Of a stretch of DNA of 64,000 nucleotides, positions 50,278 through 62,727 are shown one piece after another. A program made the translations under genes and the position numbers. The notes beneath the pieces are model-generated. The model did not search any database and was not told the DNA's origin. It was given only the letters and a program-made list of their open reading frames with translations. The stretch's first letter is position 1. Each line of letters opens with the position of its first letter. The DNA is from Leucoraja erinacea (lineage: Eukaryota): contig NC_073390.1 in assembly GCF_028641065.1 (NCBI RefSeq), positions 12,462,001 through 12,526,000 on the forward strand, in the 5' to 3' direction.

Positions 50278-51749
50278 CTAGACAGTGTTATTCGCAGCTC
50301 AGGGTCCCATGTTCACATGGGAGGGCTGGTCCCCCAACGCAATATTCCACCTCTCCACCAATTCCAATATTGGTGGCCAGTGGGGGGAGGAGGGGGGCTT
50401 TCTGCAGCGCTAGTATGGGTGTTGTGGGCTGAAGGGACTGGTTTCCAGAGGGCTAGTATGGTGATTGTGGACCAAATGGATTATTGGGGTGGCAACTCAG
50501 TCACTCAAGCCTGATGTGCTGGCAGCTCAATCTCAGCTGGTGGGCTGGCAGTTAACTCACGGCTATTCCTTGAAATTCTATTTCAAGCAGGGTGCAAGGC
50601 CACCAAATTCAAATGCAGTTTCCTACCATTTCAAGTAGGGTACAAGGCAACCACATTCAAGTGCAATTTCTTACCACTTCAAGCAGGGTGCAAGGCCACC
50701 AAATAAAAGTGCAGTTTCATACCACTTCAAGCAGGGTGCAAGGCCACCACATTCAGGTGCAGTTTCATACCATTTCATGCAGGGTGCAAGGCCACCACAT
50801 TCAAATGCAGTTTCATACCATTTCAAGCAGGGTGAAACCACCATAAAACCACACAAAACACCACATAAACACCACACTCACAGTTCAGTAGACATTCAGT
50901 ATGTTCAGTTGATTCACAGCTCAGACAGAGCTGTGACCTCTCCCACCCCCATCTTGCAGAGACTGAGTCACACCCATACTTCTGGGTTTTATAATCCCTC
51001 CCCTCCTCCCCTCCCCCTCCCACCAGAAGGGGCGTGGCCTTCGTGGTGTAATTGACAGGAGAGAGATTCTCAACCATTTTAAACACTAATAACACTTATT
51101 TTTCATTGATGGGAAGAATCCTCTGCACCCGATGAGAGGAGGGGGACTGAGTAAGATGGCCAAAAATCACAGCCGAAAGTGGTAGCATTTTATCTAAAAT
51201 CAATATACAGTGCAAACAGGAAGTTGTCAAGTTTAGACTTTTATTCGTTTTTTATTTCAAACCAACCACCACCAACTGTTTGCTGTGCTTTATTTCAAAT
51301 CTACCACTTCCAACCATTTGCTGTGCTTTATTTCAAACCAACCACATTTTCATGTTTAAACCACATTAAGGGCACTCGGGGTCAGTAAAACCACACTCAC
51401 AGTTTAGTAGACAGGTGTTCAGTGTTATTCGCAGCTCAGATTGAGAGACGTGATCCTCTTGCTCCCCCATCTTGCAGAGACTGACTGAGGCACTCAATAC
51501 TTCCGGGTTTTATAGTCTCTCTGGAAGGGGCGTGGCCTTCAGATGAGAGAATCTCAACATTTTTTAAACACTAATAACACTTTTATTTTTCATCGATGGG
51601 AAAAATCCTCTTGTCCTGCACAGTGGAGGGGGACTCTGAGTAAGATGGCCAAAAATCACAGCCGTAAGTGGTAGCGTTTTTTTTCTAAAATCAATATACA
51701 GAAGAACAGGGAGTCGTCAAGATCAGATTTTTAATAATATGGATGTAGA
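50278..51749 (-). mobile_element. Non-autonomous Helitron-like element with internal repeats
   Basis: Minus strand begins A|TCTACATCCATATTATTAAAAATCTGATCTTG and ends CTAG|T; no TIR or TSD; canonical 3' hairpin not intact. Confidence 0.6.
50580..50842. repeat. 48-bp minisatellite, ~5.4 units
   Basis: Unit atttcaagcagggtgcaaggccaccacattcaaatgcagtttcatacc. Confidence 0.92.
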
Positions 51750-53436
51750 TTTAAAGAAGTTCATTCAGAATTTTGAAGAGGTTAAGATTTCAATTTGCAA
51801 GAACATATAAATGATATATGGACACACTGATCTGTTCTGTATTCATGTCTACTATATTCTGTTGTGCTGAAGCAAAGTAAGAATTTCATTGGCCTATCTG
51901 GGACACATGACAATAAACTCTCTTGAATCTTGAGTCTTGAACATAGGGGGCCATGAAAACTGGGCCACAATTTGGAAACTGCAATTGGAAGTACTGTTAA
52001 TGAATATTAGATGATTAGTAAATTAAGATATAAGCTGAAGGTGTGGCCAGGACAAAAAAGGTATGTTATAGTTTATTGGATCACTTTCAGGGTTCAACGA
52101 AGTTTTAATTTGTTGTACAGTAATCTCTGATGCTTTATTCTCAGATGAATCACAACCTGTTCAATTTCATTTCAATTCTTCAATGGGGTCATCAGAGTGG
52201 TAATCATCTCGGCTAATTTTAACACTGATGTCTATTATTTTACATTTCTTGATACTAAATATAATCTGACTAAATTGTTATTCTGTCTTCAAGTTTTTTT
52301 CTATCATCTGGAAATTCTGGCAATTTGACAGTCAATAGTCTAATTCAGATCAATTAGATATTGAAATTACACATCATTTGCCTTTCCCCTGACTATTACT
52401 TTAATCATTTGAAGTGTTGCATGGTTCATTATATTCCCATTTGCATTTCCAGACTGTCTTAGCTAAAGAGTGTGGGATGGGGAAAAACTCCGACTTTTAA
52501 TTTTGTCTACTTTATCTGTGTCACAATTTGTCCAAAAAATAACTTTTCTATAGGCTGTAAAGTTTTTAAGTGAAAACAATATTAGTTAATTTCCAAGTGA
52601 TTGTCGGGTTAGTTCACATTACAGAAATACATAGTGTTTTTTGTAAATCAGTAGACTTGCTGTGAAGCTCATACCTATGTGAATTATTGGTGTGCTTTTG
52701 AGGAAAAGCAACATGCACAGCATGTTTGGTTAAGAAGCTTCAAATGAAGATAGCTCTTGATTAAGGGTCTACAACATGAAACATTAACTGTTTCTCTCTT
52801 CCCACATGCTGCCTGACCCATTAAGATTGTCCAGTATTTTCTGTTTTTATTTCAAATATAGAAAGCTATTCCACTCCTTACAAATATCTGATTTCATCCT
52901 AAACTGTAAAGTGTAACTTAAAAAATCAAGTAAGTAAATAATTGATTCAGCCCAGAGATGGAACAAATAAAGTCATATATTTCATTGGTCACCTCTCCTC
53001 AATTGCCCTATTTTCAGTCTTAATTACCTTCCCCCCCTCCCCCGCCCTTTCTTAACAAAATCAATATCCAATTAAGAAAATGGGACTTTAGTATAAGAGC
53101 TTCAGTTTAAGCGATTTATATTTAGCAAGAAGGTCATTCTTTTCTAGAAGGAAAAATATATTCCATACATATATTCATTAGCAGCCAATCTCGTAGAATG
53201 CTTTAAACGAATTAGTGGACAATCACACTGTGACAAATAAGCCCAATTAATCCTCTGCTACAGTGCTCCTAAAAGCGCATGTTTTTCAAGTTTCACTTCT
53301 AAACTGCGTTGATTTCTCCATAAAATCCACGTCTTGCACCATCATCGCTGTCTCCAATAAAGTGCTGATTATCCAATTTGCTTTTGCTGGCTCTTGTGCA
53401 GGACAGACATACTATCTTGCTTACAATTAGCTGGAT

Positions 53437-53691
53437 TGATATTAACCACTTTAGAACCATTTTAGAAAGATATTGTTAACAGTTCCTCCCCTTCACTTGC
53501 TGTCCTCCCTTCATATCTGCTGCCATAGCCCTCTTTGTGCAAAGTAAACCTTTCTACAAATGTTCTTGCAAACTACAACCCAATCTCTGACCTGATTCTC
53601 CTATTCCAAAGTGCTTGGGCATGGTGTAACCAGGTGGAGTTGGCTCCTTCCTGACTACAGTTCTAAAATGGTTCTAAAGTGATTAATATCA
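53437..53691. repeat. 31-bp inverted repeat pair (30/31), possible old MITE
   Basis: tgatattaaccactttagaaccattttagaa (53437-53467) / ttctaaaatggttctaaagtgattaatatca (53661-53691). Confidence 0.8.
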
Positions 53692-53859
53692 GCCATGCTG
53701 ATTATGACAAAGTTAGACTGCCGTTATTTGTCTCAATGTGTGTGTAGCCTTCAACGCAGTTGACCACCATTATAGGCCAGAAGTGCAGAGTGAATCATCC
53801 ATCTCAGCCTTTTCTACTGATTCCAAGCATGGTTAATGCCAGTCTTCAGCCAATTTAGT

Positions 53860-54680
53860 TCACTCCATAAGATGTCTAATAATCACTAAAGATATTGGAT
53901 GCAGCTAGGGCTATAGGCCTTGACAACATTCCAGCAATAGCACCGAAGACATGCTTCAGAACTTGTCGTGCCCTTCGCCAGTGCAGCAATAGCACTGATA
54001 TCTATCTGACAATGAGATAAATTGCCCAACTGTGTCCTGTCCACAAGAATCAGGCCAAATCCAACCCAACAATTACAAGCCTATTGGTCTACTTTCGACC
54101 TTCAGTAATGTGATCGAGGGGATCAGTAATAGTGCTACCATGCAGCACTTTCTTAGCAACACCATCCTCACAGAAGAAGTCTGAAGAAGGGTCCTGACCC
54201 AAAACACCTATCCATTTTCTCCAGAGGTGCTGCCTGACCCGCTGACTTACTCCATGCTCATAGAAGCTCCACCAAAAACACTTGACTCCACGGCTCATTA
54301 AAGCCCCGGTCCAAACATGGACAAAAGAGATGAACTCTAGAGGTGCAGTGAGAGTAATTCCTTTGGCATTGTGACAGTATTTGATCAAGTATCCAATCAA
54401 GGAGCCCTGGCTGAACTAGTCAATGGGAATCCAGGGGAAAATGTTCCACTAGTTGGAATCATGTGCGATACAAAAGAAGATTGATATGATGGTTAGAGGT
54501 TGATTATCTCTGCAAGAAATCCTCAGGGTAGTGTTCTAAGTCCAACCATCTCCAGCTGCTTCATTAATGACCCTCCTTCAATCATAAGATCAGCGGTAGG
54601 GATATTAACTGACTCCTCAGATGAAGAAGTTCATATCCACATTCAGCAAGACCTGGACAATATCAGACTTGGGCTAATGA
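53860..54680 (+). mobile_element. Ancient CR1 RT remnant with a Penelope tail inserted at ~54178-54253
   Basis: LDAARAIGLDNIPAI, PQGSVLSP, FIND, QQDLDNI. Confidence 0.7.
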
Positions 54681-55371
54681 ATGAATGAATGAGTACGTTT
54701 ATTGGCCAAGTATTCACATACAAGGAATTTGCCTTGGTGCTCCGCCCGCAAGTGACAACATGACGTACAGTGACAGTTAGGAATGACACATAAAACATTA
54801 AACAATAATATGTCTTAAAGACCTTAAAATTTTCTGTATGCCACTGATTGTTTCTGGAGACCTCCAGCTTGTTAATATTGGGCCCCAGGACCCCCTTTCA
54901 GTGCATTTTCTCGCTTAATTATTTTACCTATGTCAGGAATCTGCCATGTCTTTAAGGTGGGCCCTCTTGCCTTTGATTAAACCATGGTAGTTTAAGTCAA
55001 GATCTTGATTGATGTTCTATGATGAAATCTTAATGTAGTACCGAGGGTGCTTCCAACAATGAATATGGATTCCAGTTGCATTCAGAGGTAGGTGGAACTG
55101 CTTCTGTGGCGTTGTTCAAAGAAGGGTAGAAGTACTAAAATGGTCATCATAGAGTGTATCCCTCTGTAGCATCTGTAAACTATGGTGACTGCTCTGCATG
55201 GCAACATTTGAACCTGATGAGACTTCTAAGATATTTCATTACTTGTGCTTTGTGATATCTTGTGAAAGTTGGTCAAAATCAACTTTCAACCATCAAAAAA
55301 AAACCCACATCACTGAGAATGGCACAGATGATGTGTAACCCAGCCTCACGCACATACATCCAGCCAACATG

Positions 55372-55968
55372 TGTACAAAGAACTGCAGATGCTGGTTTAA
55401 ATCTAAGATAGACACAAAATGCTGGAGTAACTCAGTGGGACAGGCAGCATCTCTGGAGAGGGAAGGTATGGGTGAAGTTTCGGGTCAAGACCATTCTTCA
55501 GATGTCAAGGGAGCAGTATCCGCTGTTCCAGGTGTGGACTCTTGTATATCGGCGAGACCAAGTGCAGGCTCGGCGATCATTTTGCTCAGTCTGCCTAAAC
55601 CTACCCGATCTCCCGGTTGCTCAACACTTCCCACACTGACCTTTCTGTGCTGGACCTCCTCCATTGTCAGATTGAGACCCAGTGCAAATTGGAGGAACAG
55701 CACCTTATATTTCACATGTTTAGCTTACACCCCAGTGTAATGTCAATGAACATTGACTAACTTTCAAGAACGCTGGCTTTCCCTCTCTTATCAACTCCGC
55801 ATTTCCAGTTCTCCTACCAATCTTACTGTATCCGCCAATATGTTATCTCTGTACTACCCACTCCACTGATATCAGTCTGAAGAAGGGTCTCAACCCGAAA
55901 CGCCACCCATTCCTTCTCTCCAGAGTTGCTGCCCGTCCTGCTGAGTTACTCCAGCATTTTGTGTCTAT
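55372..55968 (+). mobile_element. Miniature Penelope insertion: inverted terminus + GIY-YIG remnant + direct terminus, 15-bp TSD
   Basis: IRCSRCGLLYIGETKCRLGDHF from 55518; hammerhead-like motifs at 55474-55501 (-) and 55877-55904 (+); CA(T/C)CCAGCCAACATG at 55357-55371 and 55969-55983. Confidence 0.88.
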
Positions 55969-57177
55969 CACCCAGCCAACATGCTCTCTATTATCAATTC
56001 TGAATCTTATCGTATACTTCACAGCCTAAAAATATACATCTGAGACCCTTGTGTTTGTCTCAATGCTTTTGTTACACGGGTCATTTTCACACTCTCCGCC
56101 CCGCCCCCACCACCACAACCATCACCACATAGCATTCGGTGAATGGAGCACAAGACAATATTTACTAGTAAAGACTTAGTGGTAGAGCAGAGAGAAAGCT
56201 AATTTAATTTTAGAACAAAAAGTCTGTTTGTACTGCCTTATACTTAATGGGCCAGAGTGATTAATATTAAATGTACTGACTACTCGCCTGGCCAAGATTG
56301 TCAAATACGACATAATAAAATAAGGCACTTTATTTAATTATTTTATAATTCTCTCAAAATAGCCAACGTTTGAACACCTTTGAGTTAATATTGAGCAGTA
56401 ATGACGTTGATGGAAGTGTCTGTCAGGAGCAGTCATGATGTTGCCAGTGAAGGCATCTAAACATCTCAATTAGGAAACCCCCCAGGGTATTATTGCTAAT
56501 ATCATTCGGATCAGGTTAACCAGAACTCTTTGCAACATTTTGATCAGTGTTGGGCACAACAGTTAATTAGTGTGTAGTTCTACGTTTCTATACATCAGCA
56601 TGTGGTCAAGGCACAAAACTGTGAAAAGAATCTGAGGAGCCACAACATCAGCTAAAGTGACGAGGAATTCACAGTCCAAAACAATTGGTGATACATTATA
56701 CATTATCGGTCAATAATGCCTCATAGAGAGGCAGCAGGGATAATTGGATTAGGTGCTGGCGTGAAATAAAAATCTTGCACTTAAACTAAGCCTCTCATGG
56801 CTGCCAGATGTACAGAGTATCTCGCATTTACTTTGGTAGTTCAGTTACTAATTCAATAATGAGGGTGGAAACACAATGGATATGTTATGGAGGCAGTTAT
56901 TTCCGGAGGCCTGGACCATTGATTGGTAGAGATGCGTTCAGATCCTACTGTGTCAGTTTGGGTGAGGTGGTTAGATTCAGTTCATTAAATACTTTAAATT
57001 AAAAAACCTAAAATTAACAATGGTGTCAGTGACAATATTGGATTGTTGTCAAGACCCACTTGATTTTCAAACGTGTTTAAAGAAAGGAAATCTGTGACCA
57101 GAAATTGGGTTGTGTCCTGCCTTGGCTTGTGTCCGATTTGATTGAATTTCAATTAGAAAAAATATCAATCCTAATTT

Positions 57178-57459
57178 GGATGGCACAGACACAGCAGTAC
57201 AGTTGCTGCCTTACAGCGCCAGAGACATGGGTTCGATCCTGACTGCACATGCTGTCTAGAGAGTTTGTATCTTTTCCCTGTGACTGCATGGGTTTCCTCT
57301 GGGTGCTCTGGTTTCCTACCACACTCCAAAGACATCCAGGTTTGTAGGTTTAATTGGTTTTGGTAAAAATTGTCCCTCATGTGTGGGCTAGTACTAGTGT
57401 GATCGCTGATCGGCGTGGACGGTGGACAATGGGCTTGTTTCTACGCTGTATCTCTAAAG
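57178..57459 (+). mobile_element. V-SINE
   Basis: gggttcgatcctgact; V-domain. Confidence 0.85.
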
Positions 57460-58225
57460 TCTCATCATCAGTAAAACCAAGGAACTGATTGTGGACTTTG
57501 GAAGGGGAAGGATGAGGACCCACAATCCTGTTTATTTCAATGGGACGATGGTGGAGAGGGTCAGAAATGTCAAATTCCTGGGCATGCATGTTTCCGGATA
57601 TCTTTCCTGGACCCAGCACACTGATGCAATTGTAAAGAAGGCACATCAGCACCTCTACTTTCTTAGAATATTACAGAGATTCAGTATATCAAAGAGGGTT
57701 CTCTTGAACTTCTACAGGTGTACAGTCGAGAGCATACTGACTGGTTGCATCATGGCCTGGTTCGGCAACTTGAACGTCCAGGAGCAGAAAAGACTGCAAA
57801 AAGTTGTGACTACTGCCCAGTCTATCACCAGCTCTGACCTCCCCACCATCGAAGGGAACTAGCGAAGTCACTGCCTCAAAATGGGAGCCAACATCATCAA
57901 AGACCCACACCATCCTGGCCACACACTCATTTCACCATTGCCATCGGGAAGAAGCATTTCGGGAAGAAACAGGAGCCTGAAAACTGTAACGTCCATGTTC
58001 TGGAACAGCTTCTTCCCTACACCCATTAGGCTATTAAACACAACAACAAATAAGCTCTGAACTACAACAGACATTATGATTATTGCACTATATTTGTTTA
58101 TTTATTGAGTATATGTGTATGAACATTTGTACTCCCGTTATGTACTATGTTTACATATTCTGTTGTGCTGCATTTCATTGTCCTATCTGGGACATGACAA
58201 TAAAACACTCTTGACTCTCTTGACT
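57460..58225 (+). mobile_element. Rex1/Babar 3' fragment
   Basis: KTKELIVDF, KFLG, KKAHQHLYFLR, FYRCTVESILT; (ctcttga)n tail. Confidence 0.88.
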
Positions 58226-58400
58226 ATAATCAAAGGAATGGATTTATTACGAGTTTCATGAATACCGTGTTTTTTTTTCCTGGGTCTTCTGAACAAATCA
58301 AGTGCTGAAACACCGAGTAGCCTGCTGGCAACCAACAATTAGACAATGCAAATCTGTGAAGTCCTCCACATGGACATCTGGACACATACCTAGTCTGTGC

Positions 58401-59702
58401 AAGGTAGACAAATGTGCTGGAGAAACTCAGCGGGTGCAGCAGCATCTATGGAGCGAAGGAAATAGGCAACGTTTAGGGCCGTAACCCTTCTTCAGACTGA
58501 TGTAGGGTGGGGGGCGGGGGGGAGAAGAAAGGAAAAAGGAAGAGGAGGAGCCCAAGGGCTGAGGGAGAGCTGAGAATGGGAGGAGACAGCAAGGGCTACT
58601 GGAAATTGGAGAATTCAATGTTTATGCTGCTAGGGTGCAGACTGCCCAAGCAGAATGAGGTGCTGCTCCCCCAATTTCCGGTGGTGCTAACTCTGGCCGG
58701 GGAGGAGGCCCAAGACAGAGAGGTCGGATTTGGAATGGGAGGGGGAGTTGAAGTGCTGAGCCACCGGGAGATCAGGTTGGTTAACGCGGACCGAGTGGAG
58801 GTGTTCGGCGAAACGATCGCCAAACCTACGCTTGGTCTCACCAATGTAGATCAGATGACATCTAGAGCAGCGGATGCAATAGACGAGGTTGGTGGAGATG
58901 CAGGTAAACCTCTGTCACACCTGGAACAACTCCTTGGGTCCTTGAATGGAGTCGAGGGGGGAGGTAAATCGACAAGTGTAGCATCTCTTGCAGTTGCAAG
59001 GGAAAGTGCCCGGAGAGGGGGTGGTGCGGGAGGGAAGGGAAGAATTGACAAAGGGAGTTACGGAGGGATCGGTCTTTGCGGAAAACAGACAGGGGGGGAG
59101 ATGGGAAGATGTGGCGAGTGGTGGGGTCACGTTGGAGGTGGCGAAAATGAAGGAGGACTATTTGTTGTATGTGATGGCTAGTGGGGTGAAAGGTGAGGAC
59201 AAGGGGGACTCTGCCCATGTTACGAATGGGGGAATGGGGAGAGAGAGCAGTGTTACGGGGTATGGAAGAGACCCTGGTGAGAGCCTCATCTATAGTAGGG
59301 GAGGGGAACCCCCGTTCCCTGAAGAATGAGGATATTTCCGATGCCCTGGTGTGGTGTCATCCTGGGAGCAGATGCGGCGTAGACGTAGGAATTGGGAGTA
59401 GGGGATGGAGTCCTTACAGTAGGCAGGATGGGAAGAAGAGTAGTCAAGATGGCCATGGAAGTCAGTGGGTTTATAGTGGATGTCGGTCAGAAGTCTATCA
59501 CCTGCGATGGAGATAGTGAGGTCAAGAAATGGTAGAGAAGTGCCGGAAATGGTCCAGGTGTATTTGAGTGCCGGATGGAAGTTCGTGTTGAAGCAGATGA
59601 AGACAGTCAGTTGTGTGTGGGTGCAGGAGGTGGCCGCAAAGCAATCATCGATGGAGCGGAGGTAGAGGTCGGGGATGGGTCCCTGGTACACCTCGAACAA
59701 GG
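58401..59702 (-). mobile_element. Penelope-like element, 5'-truncated: RT C-half + GIY-YIG endonuclease + terminal repeat with hammerhead motif
   Basis: YLRSIDDCF, LPFLDLTISI, TDIHYKPTD, SIPYSQFLRLRRICS, RVPLVLTFHP, GTFPCNCKRCYTC, NLVYCIRCSRCHLIYIGETKR; minus strand CTGAAGAAGGGTTACGGCCCTAAACGTT at 58468-58495. Frameshifted. Confidence 0.92.
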
Positions 59703-60152
59703 ATTACCCGATACCCTAGTCTGTGGAATATGCGCCCAAATTAGCCTAGCAATTGTTTAACTTCATATGTAAAATCATATTGTTTTTTAAAGTCCTGGAT
59801 TTCACCTTGAGTATTCTCCATTCCCACCATTGGAATGTGGACAGTCATGAAGAAGTACTCATGAAGGTCCTCAACATTGACTATGGATCATAGATTTCAA
59901 GATGTCAGGTCAAACACAGGCAAAGAAACCTCCTGCTATTTACCATCAACCAGCAAGCAATTGATGCATTGGTTCTCCTCCATACTAACCAACCCCTGGA
60001 AGAAACACATGGAACTAGGAAGGGCACAGAATATATAGATTCATGGGGATGGTATTTCAATGTTCATCCTCTCTTAGTGCAGATGGACCTAGATGAGTAG
60101 GGAGTGAAAGAAACAATATGAGGAATACTTCATGAGGAATACAACGTACAAC

Positions 60153-60514
60153 CGGAATGGTACCATTTGGCGCCGCTGTTTCAACGCCTCCGTTTAGGCG
60201 CCTCCGTTTTGGAGGGTTAGGGTTAGCATTCACGACTGCTTTTCGTGAGGGATGGCCGATGGGGTTTTTTAACGTTTTAGAAAGTTCATCAAAATTTACT
60301 GACCTGCATTTCATGAATTTATTTTGTCATATGTAGTTAGCATTAGCACTGACATAAGACTGTGCTAATGTGCCATAGGGAAGGAAATAAGTAGAAAACT
60401 TAAAGAAGATCGTTTCCTTTGCAGCGCCGAAAAGTACCCGACCCACCCCTAACCGTAACCCTAACCCGCCAAAACGGACGGAGGCGCTGAAACGGCAGCG
60501 CCGATAAATACCCG
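60153..60514. mobile_element. Small inverted-repeat element with internal TTAGGG-like repeats
   Basis: ggcgccgctgtttcaacgcctccg...ccgttttggagggttagggtta vs taaccctaacccgccaaaacgg...cggaggcgctgaaacggcagcgcc. Confidence 0.7.
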
Positions 60515-60744
60515 ACCTATATACAACATGAGGAAGGATTCACTAAACTAGCATTTATCATTTGAAATATTGGTTGGGACGACCATCTCAAAATCCTTGT
60601 TGAGAATAATTTCTAACAAATTAATAAAATATCCTTCCTGCATCTACCATATCTAGACCTATAGGAATGATATAATCAATGAGATCTCTTCTGGACCTTG
60701 ACCTTCTATAACTGGTACAGCCCTCCCCACCTTGCCTCAAGAAG

Positions 60745-61050
60745 GTAGCAGGTGCTCTTGGAGGAGAGGATGTTTCTCAAACTGTGGAGCATCTTGGACA
60801 ATAGAGCTCACCCCCTCCATGACACACTGGTCAACCTGAGGAGCACCTTCAACAACAGACTGGTTCCACCAAGATTCCACAGAATGCCTCAGGAGATCCT
60901 TCTAGCCTGTGGCTATCAAACTGTACAACTCCTCCCTCTTCTGTCATGAGTATTATGTTTTAAGACGTGGCAGATCTATTTCCCTCCTGGAATAAATAAA
61001 GTTCTATTGTACCGTATCGCATTGTATCATTATATCGTACCATATCGTAT
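60745..61050 (+). mobile_element. LINE (Rex/L2-type) 3' end
   Basis: KLWSILDNRAHPLH; aataaa followed by a (tatcg)n-like tail. Confidence 0.7.
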
Positions 61051-61614
61051 CTATCATCAAGTATCCCCACCATCTCGGTAATACCCTGTTGTCTCAGGTG
61101 CCATCGGGCAGGTGGTACAGAATCATGAAGTTCCACACCACTAGGTTAAGGATCAGCTGCTTTGGTATAAATCAAAAAGGACACAAGCCAAGGCACGACA
61201 CAATCCAATGTTTATCCACAGATTTATTTTCTTTAAAGACCATTGAAATCAAGTGGGTCTTGACAACACTCCATTATTGTCATCGACACCATTGATAATT
61301 TTCGTTTTTTTAATTCCAAAGTATTTAATTAACTGCATCTACGCCATCAAACTGCCACAGTGGGATCTGAATGCATTTTGAACAGACCTGCACAACCTCA
61401 ATCCCACCTCAGCTGTGGAACACTACCGACCACCTCTTCCACTACCATGATGAACTTGTTACCTAATTGTGTATTTTTGCACTGATTCCTTTTTTTTTGC
61501 ACAGTTTTTCTTTTCACTGTCTTGTAGAGTTTGCGTGTAATTTATGCATCAGTTATGTATTTGGTATATTGTCTGAGTCTATGTGCCTGTTAAGCTGCTG
61601 CAAGAAAGGTTTTC

Positions 61615-62110
61615 ATTAGAACATAGAACAGAACAGCACAGGTGCAGGCACTTCGGCCCACAATGTCCATGTTGAATATGATGCCAATTTGAACTCATCT
61701 GCCTGCATGTGAACCATATCCCTCCATTCCGTGCATATCCATGTTCCTATCTAAAAGCCTCCTATATGCCACTATTGTGCCTGCCTTGACAACCACCCCA
61801 ATGCATTTCAGGCACCTATCACTCTCTGTTAAAAATTGCCCAACTCATCTCCCTTAAACTTTGCCCCTTTATCTTAAAAATATGCCCTCTTTCATATAAA
61901 ACCATCAAACTCTTTGACTCTTCTGACTGCCTACACAATCTATGGCTCTCATTTTATATGCCTATCAGGTACCCACTCAGTCACTAATGCTCCAGAGAAT
62001 ACAATCAAAGTTTCCCAACCTCTCCTGTCAGCGAATACCCTCTAAACTAATAACCAGGCAGCATTCTGGTAAAGGTCTACTGCACCCTTGTCAAACCCTT
62101 CACACCTTCA
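61615..62110 (-). mobile_element. CR1 3' fragment
   Basis: agaacatagaacag tail, ggcacttcggcccac, taaactttgcccct. Confidence 0.75.
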
Positions 62111-62444
62111 TTGTACCTGTGTCTCACCACACTTATACATATGACAATAAACAACTTGAGAATCAAATAAAGTTGACTTGATTGATTCTTCTCAACACTA
62201 GAATATATAAGAACAGACTGCCTAATCATTCTCCAGAGAGCACATCCACCATTCCAGTAAGCAATCTGATACATTTTCATTGTTCTCCCACTATCCCAAG
62301 TTTATCTGTTCTAAGGTAGGCAGATCAGTGCACAATAATGCAGATGTGACCTGACCATGGCCTTATATAATTCAATAGAACATGCTGGTCAATAATCATT
62401 CACAATAGAAAGCCCCTTCCCCTTGAAATTAGATAGCATTTTCA

Positions 62445-62727
62445 CTTTGTTTAGAAATATTCGGCCCACCGAGTCCGTGCCGACCTGCGATCCCCACACA
62501 CTAACACTATCCTACACACACTAGGGACAATTTACAATTTTACCAAAGTCAATTAACCTACAAACCTATACAGTACATCTTTGGAGTGTGGGAAGAAATC
62601 GGAGCACCCAGAGAAAATCCACGCTAGTCGCAGGGAGAACGTACAAACAGCACCTGTGGTCAGGATCGAACCTGGGTCTCTGGTGCCGTCAGGCAGCAAC
62701 TCTACTGCTGCGCCACCGTGCCACCCC
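62445..62727 (-). mobile_element. V-SINE
   Basis: caggatcgaacctggg...gcgccaccgtgcc. Confidence 0.87.

Noticed and set aside
50580-50846. CRISPR-like array or repeat protein
   Set aside because: Head-to-tail 48-bp units without unique spacers; the ORF stays open only because the unit is a multiple of 3; eukaryotic context.
54181-54210. Active hammerhead
   Set aside because: GAAA box mutated to AAAA and no NUH triplet. Copies at 399, 39521, 47702, 55877 and 58468 likewise have core substitutions.
58507-59181. 224-aa + strand ORF
   Set aside because: Antisense shadow of the Penelope GIY-YIG region; no recognisable motifs.
60213-60470. Interstitial telomere from chromosome fusion
   Set aside because: Only 2-3 units per side, embedded in larger inverted arms.
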